64,000 nucleotides of DNA, taken from positions 68,141,872 to 68,205,871 of the forward strand of contig NC_057718.1 in assembly GCF_004010195.1 (NCBI RefSeq), read 5' to 3'. This document shows positions 48,290 to 61,449 of this stretch, piece by piece. The stretch is from Chiloscyllium plagiosum. Taxonomy: Eukaryota. Position 1 is the stretch's first letter. Every line of letters starts with the position of its first letter. Position numbers and translations under genes: made by a program. The notes beneath the pieces are model-generated. The model saw nothing but the letters and a program-made list of their open reading frames with translations, ran no database searches and had not been told where the DNA came from.

Positions 48290-48840
48290 GAAGAGTCTAG
48301 AAGCATGGGAATTAGGGCATGGTAATGAGAATATTGGAGAGCGTATAGTTCAGCACAATGGGATTTGGGATCAGGCAGGCGTTTCTGTTTGATTTGGGAG
48401 GGAGTTAGGAGACTAGGATTGGGTCGGAGGTAAGTAGGAGATTTGAATTTGGCTGGGAGGAGGAATCGGAATATTGGGATTTGAGATGGGTAGTCAAGAG
48501 ATTGCAAATAGGAGTGAGATTGAAATTCTGGGAGAAGGTCAGGAGATTTAAATTTTGGAGAGGAGGTTCAGGAGTTAGAAATGCAGGACACTTTTCATCT
48601 GAGAGGATGTAATTTGGATTCATGTGGGTGACCAAATTTGTTAGGATATTGGATTGGTAGAACATTTGAGTAATTTGAATTGATGAGAATGTACAGATTC
48701 TGGAACTATTCAGACAACTGTGGTTTGAGACTTTGCTCCTCAGGAGAATGAAATAGGAACAGGAATTGATAGGGTACAAGATATAATTTGAGGAGAAAGC
48801 TGATTGGGAATCACAGCCATTTAGATTTAGGCAGGGATGG
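48290..48840. repeat. Purine-rich degenerate tandem/low-complexity tract
   Basis: Recurring g(t/a)caggagatttgaattt(t)gg / ggagttaggaga units; strongly C-depleted on the + strand. Confidence 0.55.
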
Positions 48841-49138
48841 ACACAACTTCCAGTATTTTTCAGAGAGCCAGGAACAGCAACCTGGTGAGTGGGAAGTAAA
48901 AGAGTGAGTGAATGCTACTATGGGTGACACTGATGATTACATCCACTGATGGGCAAATGGGAAATAAAGAGACTATTCTGAAACAAAGTTCAGAAATAAA
49001 TGAAAGTAGAAAACTCTGCAAATAGCCAACACACTGATCTGGAGTTATACTCAGAATTTTGATTGATTTTCCAGCTGCACATGAACCATGGGTTTATGGT
49101 TAAGGTCTAACAAAGGAGAATAGCTGGCAAGTGAGATT

Positions 49139-49453
49139 GGGCAACACGATAGCTCAGTGGTTAGCACTGCTGCCTGACAGGGACGTCAGTTCAATTCCAG
49201 CCTGGGGTCTGTGTGGAACTCGGACATGCTTCCTGTGCCTGTGTGAGTTTCCTCCCGGTGCTCCAATTTCCTCCCACAGACCAAAGATGTGCAGATTAGG
49301 TGGATTGGACATTCTAAATTGCCCATAGTATCCAGGGATATGCAGGCTAATTAGGTTACAGGGAGAGGGTGGGTCTGGGTGAACTGCTCTTTAGTTGATC
49401 ATTGTACACTCGATGGGCTGAATGGCCTGCTTCCACACTGTAACAATTCTATG
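49139..49453 (+). mobile_element. HE1-type SINE (older)
   Basis: gctcagtggttagcactgctgcct...gttcaattccag...ggcctgcttccacactgtaac. Confidence 0.85.
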
Positions 49454-50283
49454 AAAAAAGAGAGATTAATTTTAATCACAGTTATTTTGCCTCAGCAAAA
49501 CCAGTGTTGCCAATTCACTTGAGAGAAGCAATTGCTGTTACTTTTATTGTTTGTGTTACAAAAGCAAATTTTTTTATGCTCTGACAGTAGACTTCACGGT
49601 AACTTCTGTACTCTCCCTCTTCATATGCAGTTGGAAACCCAAAATATTTTTCGCACCAATTAAGTAAATTACCAGAACATTCACATGAATTTTATAGGCA
49701 TGAGGTTTTGATTTGTAAACAACAAGTAGGTGTGGGAAAGGATTATGATATTCAAAGACACAATAAAGTAACTGGTGATAAGGTTAAATAATACAAAGTT
49801 ACATTGAGATAAATTTTCTGGAAAAAATTGCTGTTTTAATTTGCCATCCTCCAATTTTATGCTATACATTTTTCTAGCAAATGATTAATGTGGTGATGCC
49901 TCTGTTATTGCTTTCCTTGATTATTTTAAAATATGTAGACGCATTCTAACCGGACCACAAATTTCATTTTTTTTTTAAAATAAGTTTGATTAATTTATTT
50001 GATCTACCTCTTTCTTTTAGTGTTGGATGTACTTATTGCGTATCTCATCATTGAATATCATGTGTACCAGTTCCATCTCCCGGGTAAATACTGAACAAAA
50101 ATAACTATTTAGTACTTCAGCCTGTATCTCTAATACAGATGACATTATTCCATCTATCCCTTAACATCCTATTTCTGTCAGAACCTGCCTGTTTTATTGT
50201 TCTGTGAAATATTTTCTGTGTAGTTTTAAATTCCTGGACAACTTCATTTCATAGATTCTCTTTGCCTTCTTAATTGACTTCAT

Positions 50284-50505
50284 GGGGTCTGTTAGCTCAG
50301 TTGACTGGATGGCTGGTTCGCAATAAAGAGTAATAACAACAGTGTGCGTTCAGATTCACATCAGCTGAGGTTACTGTGAAGGATTCTCCACCTCAACCCT
50401 CCCCTTGCTTGAGGTTTGATGACTCTTAGGTTAAATCACCATCGGTCATCTCTCTATAATGAGAGAGTAGCTCTATGGTCTGGTAGTTCTATGGTGACTT
50501 TACCT
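50284..50505 (+). mobile_element. tRNA-derived SINE
   Basis: Head gtctgttagctcagttgactgg...gttcagattc; related copy at 21555-21737. Confidence 0.65.
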
Positions 50506-50629
50506 AATTTATTTATTGACTATTCTCCTAACCTCTTTGTATTCTCATATGTCATGCCCTCCACTATTGTTTGTGAGACATGACTGTGTGTAAAGTGGCT
50601 GCTACTTTTTGTTTTTAACTTGGGGGAAG

Positions 50630-52310
50630 ACAAATTTTACAGCACTGAGAAGTGAGTTGACTGAAGTGAACTGGACAGGATGCTCAAGGCTAAGTAAGTG
50701 GTAAACCAGTGAGAGGCGCTAAAATGTGAGCTCCATGGGGAACAAAGAAGACATGTGCCCTCCAAAAATAAGAATGGTTCTGCAAAATCTACACTCCTGT
50801 GGTTGTTTAGAAAAATGCAGAGAAAGATTAAACAGAAAAGGAAAGCTTATGATAGACAAAAAACTCAACACTGCAGCTAGCTGAGAAGAGTATAAAAAGC
50901 ACAGGGATCAAGTTGAAAAGACATTAGCAAGCAATATCTAGGAAAACACAAAGATGCTTTGCCAGTATATAAAAAGCAAAAGGATAATACGGAAAAAGGG
51001 GATGTATCAGAGGTGGAGAGAGGAACTTGCAGAGGATATGGGAAGAATTTTCAATAAATTTTTTGCCTCTGTATTCAGAAAGGGAAAGAGTGATATAATA
51101 ATCCAAGAGGAGCAGTGTGAAATATTGGACAAAATAATTATAGTGAGAGTCATACAGCACAAAAAGCTTTGGTCCAAATCGTCCATGCTGACTAGGTTCC
51201 CCAAACTAAACTAGTCCCATTTGCCTGCATTTGGTCTATATCCCTCTAAACCTTTCTATTCACATACCTGTTCAAATGTTGTAACTGTACCTGCCTCTAC
51301 CACTTCCTCTGGCAGTTCAGTCCACATATGGACCACCCTCTGTTTGAAAAATTTGTCCCTCAGGTCCCTTTTAAGTTTATCCCCCTACCTTAAATCCATG
51401 CCCACTAGTTTTGAACTCCCCTATCCTAGGGTAACGACCTTTGCTATTCACATTATCTATGCCCCTCATAACTTTATAAACTTCCATAAGGTCACATCTT
51501 AACCTCCTACACTGCAAGGGGAACAAAGTACCAGCCTGAAGTGTTAGAGGAGTTGGAAGTTTTGAAAGTGGATAAGTCACTCAGGCCAGATGGATTGTTT
51601 CCTATTAATGTTGAAAAAGGTCATGAAAGAAATGGCTGATGTTCTTTGGATTATTTTCCAAAATTCACTGGACACGAGTGAGGTACCAGAGGACTGAAGG
51701 AATGTAAATCTGGCTCCATTGTTTAAAAAAGGTACAAAGGAATACTAAATAATTAGAGGTCAATTAGTCTTTACTTCAGTAGTGACAAGTTGTTAGAATC
51801 AACCCTGAGAGATTGAATAAATTGTCACTTGGAAAGGCATGGACTGATCAGGATAATATAGCTCATCTAAGGGAAGGCCATGCCTTACAAATTTGATTGA
51901 ATTCTTGAGTGTTAAAACTGATTGGTCCTCCTTGTCACTCAATGAAGGTAGTGCAGTGGATGTCATCCGCATGGATTTTACTAAGGTTCCACATGGCAGA
52001 CTGATCAAAAAAGTAAAAAAAACTCACGATATACAGAGTAATGTGTAAAATTGGACCACACGCTGGGACGACACAACAATTAAGATTGGTGGAGTGGGCA
52101 GGAATTTCTTCTCGGAGTCTGTGGAGCTCTTTATCACAGCGGAGTCATTAAATGTAGTCAAAGCTGAAATAGATTTTTAGTAAGTAAGAAAATTGATGGT
52201 TATGAGGATAAGGCAGAAGAGTAGAGTTAAGAATTATTAGATCAGCTATAATGTCTTTGAATAGTGGATCAGAATGATTGGCTGAATGGCCTACTTCTGC
52301 ACCAGTATCG
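50630..52310 (+). mobile_element. Old CR1 ORF2 fragments with an antisense CR1 3' piece nested at about 51145-51520
   Basis: EELAEDMGRIFNKFFASVF; ggaaggccatgccttacaaatttgattgaattc; nested minus-strand RRLRCDLMEVYKVMRG. Confidence 0.75.
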
Positions 52311-53045
52311 TATGGCTGCACCAGTATTGTGTGAAGCTCAATGTGTCTCACAACTCTAGCTTTTTCCAGAGTTCAAGCACTCTTCATCCCACAAGATCTG
52401 ATTCTCAATTAGCCTCTAACAACAACTTTATTCCACTTGAGATCCACAGATATAGTTGCAAACAACAAGGCAAATTTCAAGGGACTTACTTCACTAGGGT
52501 CATGAACGTCCTGATGCTGTGGTTTTCCCCAGGTCCCTTTAATCTTTCCACTTTATACTTCATGGTTGATTCTGGTGAAAACTACCCAGATCTTCAGCTT
52601 ACCTGGACAGTTCATACAGTAATTTAAGCTTTGGATCACAACGTCACCTGCTCCAAGGTCTGGTCTCTTTCTGATGAAAAGAATTAACTTTTGAGGACTC
52701 TGCTTGTCCTGATCATATGTTAAAATTGAATCTCTCAGTCTGTTTATTATTTTCAATTAGCTTACAAATCCTTAGCTACTAAAGAGAAAGATTTATTTCC
52801 TAGAAGTTCAATGTTGCAGCCGGGGAATCCATTTAAGGAACCCTCCCAGCAAGTTAGTCTTTGAGTCTGTATTTCAGCTCAGGACAATCAGAGTAAAAAC
52901 CAAAGTTGAAAATAATTTAATCGTGCGTGGATATATTCAGGTTATAGGAGTATGCAGACAAAAGTGGTGTTGAGAACATTTTCAGGTTGGACATTACCTT
53001 ACTGAATGGTGGGGATAACCACCTGCAGCTGCTCCAATTTCTTAA

Positions 53046-53170
53046 AGAATTCTGAAGAATGGTCACTGGACCTGAAACATTAACTCTGCTTTCTCTCCAG
53101 AGATGATGTCTATTGAGTTTCTCCAGCAATATCTTTTTTTCCTCTTTACAGCATCCTGGTCTTTGTTTTA
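53046..53170 (+). mobile_element. PLE terminus with hammerhead motif
   Basis: aattCTGAAGAatggtcactggacctGAAAcattaactc at 53052-53081; a further partial copy at 53341-53361. Confidence 0.65.
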
Positions 53171-53364
53171 TCTTTCTTTCTTACGTTTGGCACTGCAGCA
53201 GACTTTGCCCTTAAGGTTAATGGTAACCATAGTGATGGTTGCTATGCAGTGTCAAAATCAGTCCCATCCCACACTACACTTCTTTTGACCTGCTGTCATC
53301 ACCTTTACTGGCTCCAGTTGGGCAGGGACACATCTCTACACCAGTTCTGAGGAAGGGTCATATA

Positions 53365-56000
53365 AAGTGTGTCTGTTTCAATGCAAAGAGTGTAAGGAAT
53401 AAGAGTTAGCGCATGGATCAGTGCTTTGAACTACGATGTGGTGGCCATAACAAAGACTTGGATTTCACAGGGGCAGGAATGGTTGCTGGATGCTCAAGGG
53501 TTTAGATCTTTTAAAAAGAACGCGGAGGGGGAATGGTGGTCAAAGAGGAGGGGAGTAGCATTGCTAATTAGAGAGTACATCACAGCATCAGAAAAGGAGG
53601 TTGTTGAAGAGGGTTTGCCTACTGAGTCAGAATGGGTTTATTGGGTGTTTCTATATATACCCCCCCCCCCCGGAAGAACATTGGTGCAGATGTAATAGAG
53701 TTGTTGTTATGGGTGAATTCAACTTCCCCAATATTGATTGAAACGTCCTTAGTGCAGATAGTCCAGATGGAACCGATTCTGTTAGGTATGTCCAGGAAGG
53801 ATTCCTACTCCTTATGTAGATAGGCCAACTAAGAGGGAGCCATATTGGTTTTGGTGCTAGGCAACTAGCCAGACCAGGTGTCGGATCTCTTGATGGGAGA
53901 GCATTGCCGTGACAGTGACCACAACTGCCTCACCTGTACCATAGCTATGGAGAGGGATAAGAACAGACAGTATAGGAAGGTATTTAATTGGGGGAGGGGA
54001 AATTATACTGCTATTAGACAGGAGCTGTGGCGTATAAATTGGGAACAATTGTTCTATGGGCAATGCACAACAGGAATGTGGAGGCTGTTTAAGGAGCACT
54101 TGTTGCGAGTGTTGAATAACTTTGTCCCACTGAGACAGGCAAGAAATGGTAAGGTGAAGGAGCCTTGGATGACCAGAGAAGAGGAGCTTTTCGTCAAGAG
54201 GAAGAAGGCATCTTAGTTAAGGTTGAGGAAGCAAGAATCTGGCACAGCTTTAGAGGATTACACGGTAGCTAGGAAAGAAAATGGACTGAGGAGAGCTAGG
54301 AGGGGGCATGAAAAAGCCTTGGCAGGAAGGATTAGGGAAAACCCAAATGTGTACACTTAAGTGAGGAATAAGAGAATGACCAGAGAGGATAGGGCTGATC
54401 AGGGGTAATGGAGGGAGCTTACGCCTGGAGTCTGAAGAGCTATGGGAAGCCCTATGAGTTTTTTGCTTCAGTATTCACTAGAGAGAGGGACCTTGCTGAT
54501 AGAATACCATGGACCAAGTTAATAGGCTTGAACAGATTGCTAATAAGAAAGTGGATGTGGTGGAAATTCTGGGAAGCATCAAGATAAATAAGACCCCAGA
54601 TAATATCCAAGGTCACTACTGGAAATGACGAATGAGATTGCTGCGCCTCTGGCAAAGATCCTTCCATCCTCACTCTCACGGGAGTAGTACCAGATAATTG
54701 GAGGGAGGCGAATATTGTTACTCTGTTCAAGAAAGGGAATAGGGAAACCCCTGGGAATTACAGACTAGTCAGTCTTACATCTGCGGTAAGCAAGGTACTG
54801 AAAAGGATTCTGAGAGATAGGATTTATGACTACAAGAGGAACTTTGATTGTTCAGCTAATTAAATTCCAGATAATCGAATGCTGGATAACATAGTTTAGC
54901 TGAGCCTCTGGACATTACGATCTTGCTGGATAATCCGATATTCAGATAATTGAATGCCGGATAATTGAGGTTTCTCTGTATTTGGAAAAACATTGTTTGA
55001 TTAAAGATAACGTGGTTTTGCGAGGGCAGGTCATACCTAACAAGCCTTATTGAGTTGTTTGAGGATGTGACAAGTCAAGTTGACAAAGATTGAGCAGTGG
55101 ATGTGTTGTATGTGGATTTCAGTAAGGCATTTGATAAGGTTCCCACGGTAGGCTCATTCAGAAAGTTAGGAGGTATGGGATACAGGGAAATGTGGCTGTC
55201 TGGATACAGAATTGGCTGGCCAAAAGAAGACAGTGAGTGGTAGTGGATGGAAAGTATTCCGCTTGGAGGTCGGTGACCATGGTGTCATGGTAATGAGATC
55301 TGTTCTTGGGCTTCTGCACTTTGTAGTTTTTGTAAATGACTTGGATGAAGAAGTGGAAGGGTTGATTAGCAAGTTTGCAGATGACGCAATGGTATTGTAG
55401 ATAGTGTCAAGGCTGTTGCAGGCTACAACAAGACGTTGACAGGATGCAGAGCTGGGCTGAGAAGTGGTAGATGGAGTTCAACCTGGATAAATGCAATTGA
55501 TTCACTTTGGAAGGTCAAATTTGAATGCTGAATACAGGGTTAAAGACAAGATTCTTGGCAGTGTGGAGGAACAGTGGGATCTTGCAGTCCATGTACATAG
55601 ATCCCTCAAAATTGCCACCCAAGTTGATAGGGTTGTTAAGAAGGTGTATGGTGTTTTGGCTTTCGTGAACAGGGAAATTGAGTTTAAGAGCTGCAAGGTT
55701 TTGCTGCAGCTCTATAAAACCCTGGTTCAACCATATTTGGAATATTGTGTCCAGATCTGGTCGTCTCATTTATAGGAAGGGTGTAGATGCTTTAGAAAGC
55801 ATGCAGAGAAGATTTACCAGGATGCTGCCCGGATTGGATGGCTTTTCTTATGAAGAGAAGTTGAGAGAGCTAGGGATTTTCACACTGGAGAAAAGAAGGA
55901 AGAGAGATGACTTGATGGAGGTATACAAGGTAATGAGAGGCAGAGACTTTTCCCCAGGGCAGAAATGGCTGTCACGAGGGGTCATAATTTTAAGGTAGTG
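53365..56000 (+). mobile_element. CR1 LINE ORF2 (APE and RT), decayed
   Basis: NYDVVAITKTW, GVALLIRE, DSDHN, VEGLISKFADDA, LVQPYLEYCVQIWS. Confidence 0.9.
54833..54978. mobile_element. Tc1/mariner-type MITE (second copy) inside CR1
   Basis: TA-caagaggaactttgatt...taattgaggtttctctg-TA; shares taatcgaatgctggataacatagtttagc with the 41232 copy. Confidence 0.78.
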
Positions 56001-56690
56001 GAATCTGGAGTTGAGTTCAGTCCAAATCCTTGTGCTGAAAGACATTAACAGTGAGAGCATGCAAAATACTTTAGGATAGTATCAATCAACTTCTCATCAT
56101 AGGTATATTGCACAAAGCTGCTTTGAGGTTGATGCAAAGGATTAAAATGTAATTCTTTGACCTACTCAGAGTTACTCGCAACTTGTCATAAGCCAGTACT
56201 TTTTTGAGGCTTTTTAACTGAGCTGTGGGACTTGCATCTAACCTCCGTTTTCTGACCAATTAGTGTCTGTACAAGATAAGGTTTAGCTGCAGTCTCTTTT
56301 AGCTGCATTGGTTAAACAGATCTGTTTATGGTTAGAGGTCAACAGCAAGTGTGGTTCCTCATTCTTTGATTCAGTGCTGCAAGAGCTGATTGGGACAGAA
56401 GTGTGGAAAAATTCTTCATTGAAGTGCTTGTGTGCTCACACTTGTCAGAGCAGTGCACCTATGAGTGACCCTCTGATGAAGATGCTCCTTTTAACCGCTT
56501 GCAATCAGTCACTCCTTGTTATTGTATCATCACACCCATCCCTCTCAGTCACCCTTCACAAGTGTTACCCTTCTCTACTCAGAATATTCCACTCCTCATT
56601 TGTCTGCTCTTGCTGTCATGTCTGAAAGGATGGAGAGAACTCCAGGTAGAGACAAAGAACCAGACATAACCACTCTGACAGCCATGACGT

Positions 56691-56910
56691 GGATGTGCCA
56701 GTGTTGGACTGGGGTGGACAAGGTCAGAAGTCACACAACACCAGGTTATAGTCCAACAGGTTTACTGTGAAATCACAAGTTTTCTGAGCACTGCTGCTTC
56801 GTCAGATGAAGAACTTCACCTGACAAAGGAGCAACACTCAAAAAGCTTGTGATTTCACAATAAACCTGTTGGATTATAACCTGGTTGTTGTGTGACTTCT
56901 GGTCTTGTCC
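56691..56910. mobile_element. Fold-back hammerhead-bearing element, second family
   Basis: About 95-bp imperfect arms 56716-56811/56814-56910; minus-strand core catCTGACGAagcagcagtgctcaGAAAacttgtg; decayed + strand core cacctgacaaaggagcaacactcaaaaagcttgtg. Confidence 0.78.
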
Positions 56911-58119
56911 TGGCAGCAGCAGAGGAGTTAAACCGCTGTGTACATGATCATTGGCCAAAGATAGACATGATGCTTTCCCACTGGGATAGGATTGAAAATC
57001 ACAAACACATTGTATTCAGGACTCATCAAATTAGCTGTCACATCCAATGGAATAGGTTGACCATCAGTTCATGAGTTGGAGGCACCTTCACCTTTGCCAA
57101 TCGAATTGACAATCTTCTCTGGAGTTAGCACAAGCTTTTGTCAACTTTCACATGTGGTGTACTTGGTTGGAGAATGATTGAATTGTTGCACACAAGTGCC
57201 ACATTCCCTCAGAACTTTGCACTGTTCTATTCACCCATCTATAGAAAGAATGGCTAGCAGGCTGGCACATTAGGCGTGACAGGTAGTCAATGCCCTTGAT
57301 CAATTGCTACTACACTCAGGCTGCCACATGAAATAGAATTGAGGAAAGCCTCACTTTGGTTGTTAAGCATCTCACTAAAAATAGCAAAGTACTGTTCAGC
57401 TCCTTGTTAGCAGGGAAGCATAGGGGGGCCGTGAAAGGGAAGGTGGAAAAGGGAGACACAAACACAGGTGCACTCAGATCCCTGCACACTCAGATATCCA
57501 CACAGATACTGATACATGCGAGCACACATTGAAACACACATGCACACAAGCACAGACGTACAGATGCAATCTCACAAATATGCACTTAAAGACATGCACA
57601 CATCAGTGTGCTATATTTTGCATCGTATTCTGATGGGAGGAGTCTGTCCTTAAACTGATGCACATGGGACAGTCTGTATCAGTACAAGTTCTGAAACTCA
57701 GAGGACATCAGCCAAGAGCAGTCAGATAGAAAAACAAACAGTGAGCTTCTGTTGAAGCCAGAAAGATTGTGCCATATACGTGTACTAGAAAGGGGAAGAT
57801 AATTAATAGCTGTACAAGGATTTGGGCATTAAGATTGTTGAATTGACATGTTTCTTATCAATGTTTATCAATCTGACACTAATTTCAAGGCTTCAGTACC
57901 TCATCCTTTCCAATGCTAACAGATACCTTGTGAAGAATGTTAAAGGCACAGTGGAGATTAGCAATGGTATAATAAAAAAAAAGTAAGGAATGGGCATGGA
58001 AACCAACAATGGCAAACATAACCCTGTTGACCCTGAGAAATTCATTTCTTTAATATTTGGGAGCTTTTGCCAAAGTAGAGATTGTTTGGCATCAAGGCGC
58101 TCTAACAAAGCTGCAGTCA

Positions 58120-58935
58120 GAGAATTGGGGGCAGTCAGCTGGTTGGAGTCACAAAGGAAGATAGTTGTGGTTGTTGGAGCTCAATCATCTCAGCTTGAGG
58201 ACATCTATGCAGAAGTTCCTCAGGGTAGCACCAAAGCAATTTAGCTGCTTCATCAACAACCTTCCCTGCATCAGAAGTGAAGATGTATGCTGATGATTGC
58301 TCAACTTTCAGCAGCATTCATTACTCCACAGATACTAAAGCACTCCATGTCATAATACAGCTAGATTTGGGCCAACAAGTTGAAAGTAACATTCACATCA
58401 TGCAAGTATCAGGCAATGACCATCTCCAACAAGAGACAATAACCATCTCCCCTTGACATTTAATTCCATTGCTATCACTGAATCCCCTACTACCAATATC
58501 CTGGGCATTACCACTGACAAGCACTTGAACTGGACCAGCTATATTTAGCAATGGTTAGCAGTGGTGCCTCACAACGCCAGGGACTCGTGTTCGATTCCAC
58601 CCCCAGGCAATTGTATGGAGGTTGCACATTCTCCCTGTGTCTGCGTGGGTTCCTCTGAGAGCTCTGGTTTCCCCTCTCAGTCCAAAGATGTGCAGGCTAG
58701 GTGGGTTGGCTATGAGAGGCGAAGGATTACAAGGATAGGATGAGGTTGTGGGTCTGGATGGGATGCTTTTCAGAGGATTGGTGTGGACTTGATGGGTTAA
58801 ATGGCCTGTTTCCACACTGTAGGGATTCTATGAATCTGTGATATAAATACTGTGGCCACAACAGCGGGTCAGTGGCTGAGAATTCTGAATAGGCTAACAT
58901 CCCTCCTAACTGCCAGAGTTTGTTCTTCATCTACT
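58120..58935 (+). mobile_element. CR1/L2-group LINE fragment with an HE1-type SINE nested at about 58549-58832
   Basis: AEVPQGS and atgtatgctgatgattgc, similar to 6190-6660; nested SINE core and tail. Confidence 0.8.
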
Positions 58936-61287
58936 CTGCCAATTTTCTTTTCAATTTTCTAAAAACTCCTATTTGGGAATCTAAGATGGTGGCAATCTGA
59001 GAGGTCTGCTTTGCTGAGCTCTGCGTCTCAGTTCAGGCAAAATAGCTCTTTCACCTCCCCAGTTAAATTACTTCTTTAAAAATTTGGTATTTAAAGAGCT
59101 TTTGAACTTGTAGAACTTATACAAGTTATGTTATAAAGTCTGCTTGATTAAAGAAACATGACAAAAGGTAAAGGATCCATCAAGTCCCAACACATGGGAC
59201 ACTCACCTGAGCAGCAGGACACTTCCGCGGCCGCAGTTAGCCTATTGGAGTCGTTCACTCACCAGGCCCTGGCTACGGAGCTTGCGAAACTGCGAGAGAT
59301 AATCGAGTTGTCAGTTGAAGGTAAGTTCTGGGCCAGACTGAACCCGGTCACGGCCATGCTCCACAAGGATGAGGAGCAGCTGGGAGGCTTAGGGTGCCGA
59401 ACAGAGGAAGTTGAAAGAAGGCTCGCGGCTTTGGAAACCGAGATTGATTATTCAAAAGAACAAATTTGAATACTGGAGAAGCAAATACTTACCTTACAGG
59501 AGCAAATTGATGACCTTGAAAACAGGTAGCCAGAAGAACATTCATGTTGTGGGGCTGCCAGACGGTGTAGAAGGCAGTCAGCCAGTAAGCTTCTTTGAAA
59601 CCTGGCTGCCGTGATTCCTGGGCCTGGAGGATGTGTCGGGCCAGGTGAAAGTTGAAAGGGCCCATCGAGTCGCGATGCGCAGGCCTTGCTCGGACGGACG
59701 CCCTCACGTGGTCCTAATGCAACTACACAGCTCAGGGACAAAGTGAAAGTTATGGAGACCTCCAGAATAAAGTGACAGGATTCCCAGGTTTTAACTTACC
59801 AAGGTTCCAAGATTATGTTCTTCAGGACCTCTCTGCAGTTGTAAAATTGTAAAAGGAAAACCTTTTAATGAAGCCAAGAAAAGGCTGACAGGCCTTGGTA
59901 ATCAGTATTCCCTCAGGTACCCGGCTGTGCTTCGCTTTCCATATGATCGGTCTCTGTATTCTTTTGACTCTTCAGAAAAAGTGAAAAAGGATTTTGGGCA
60001 CTCTAAAATAGGTCAGATAACTTAAAGGATGTGCACATTAAGTGTTTCTTTTTTCCTTCTATCCCTTTTTTTTAAAGAAGATTTTGCTGAACACCTTTTT
60101 TTCCCCTGATATTAATGAGTGATAATGTATATTTAGGGATGGGTAAAGTGTCTACTTTTAGTTTCCTTATTAAGTTTTTTTTATTCTTTCTCCTTTTTTT
60201 GGCCTGACTCTGGGATGTAGTCAAGCTGAAAGGAGATATAAAGGTGTTTTTGGGCTATGTAAGTTCCCCCTGTGGGGAGAAGGTAGAGTCCCTTGTTAAG
60301 TGTTTTGTATTTGGTTTAGTCTTTTTTTTTGTATATGTAGTTATTAGGGTGTTAGATGTAGTAGTTTTAGCTTGTGTATTTTTTAGGTGGTGTGAACTTT
60401 TTTTTGTCTATGGTCAGCAGTTGATAAGTTGAATTCTTCCTTTTTGGAGATTAAATGATGTCATGGCTAATTGTAACTGTGTCCTCAAATGGCGTACTTA
60501 GAATGTCAGAGGGATCCATTCACCAGTTAGAAGGAAAAAGTGCTTTCTACTCTTAGAAATGAGAGGGTGGACATCACCCTTTTATAGGAGACTCATCTCA
60601 ATGATAAAGATCATTTGAAATTGCAACAGGGTGGATTTGATCAGGTGTACTTTTCTTCCTTCAATGCGAGGAGCAGGGGATTGGCCATACTAATGAGGAA
60701 GAACCTTTCATTTAAGTTGCTAGAACAGATTAAAGATGATTATAGGTAGCTTATGTTTCTTAGGGCCTCCGTACATGGAGAAGAGTATGGTATGTTGAAT
60801 GTTTCTTGTCCCCCAGCGCACCCCCTTAAGTTTTTGATGGCTCTTGCACCACAGCAGATTATTATAGGGGGAGACTTTAATTGCCTCATGCATCCCGCGG
60901 TGGATAGAATGCGTAAAGGCCCCTTAACATGTTCTTCACAATTAATGGACTTGTGTGCAGAATTGGGATTGGTGGATGTCTGGAGGTGTCTCCGCCCCAT
61001 GGGCAGGGACATTATGTTCTTTTCTAATCAGTGCAAGTGTCATATCAGGATTGATTTTTCCTAACCCCTGTATTACCTTTGGATTCCATAATGTCCTGTA
61101 TAATTGGAAATGTTACTATTTCGGATCATGCAGCAGTTTATTTAGAGACCGAGTTTGAGGGCAATGTTGCAGGCTCTCGGCACTGGCGAATGGATCCCTT
61201 TATTCTTAGGGACAGTAAGTTCATTGAATACTTCCTTAATGAATTTAAGGTATGCTTAGCCATCAATTTGATATGGTCAGTAACTCG

Positions 61288-61449
61288 GAGCATCGACGTT
61301 TCGGGCATGAGCCCTTCTCATGCCCGAAGGGCTCATGCCCGAAATGTCGATTCTCCTGCTCCTTGGATGCTGCCTGACCTGCTGTGCTTTTCCATCAACA
61401 CATTTTCAGCTCTGATCTCCAGCATCTGCAGTCCTCACTTTCTCCATAA
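61288..61449. mobile_element. Fold-back PLE-terminus mini-element inside L1
   Basis: Same family as 14290; arms atcgacgtttcgggcatgagcccttc / gaagggctcatgcccgaaatgtcgat; 11-bp direct repeat tcagtaactcg at 61277 and 61450. Confidence 0.82.
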
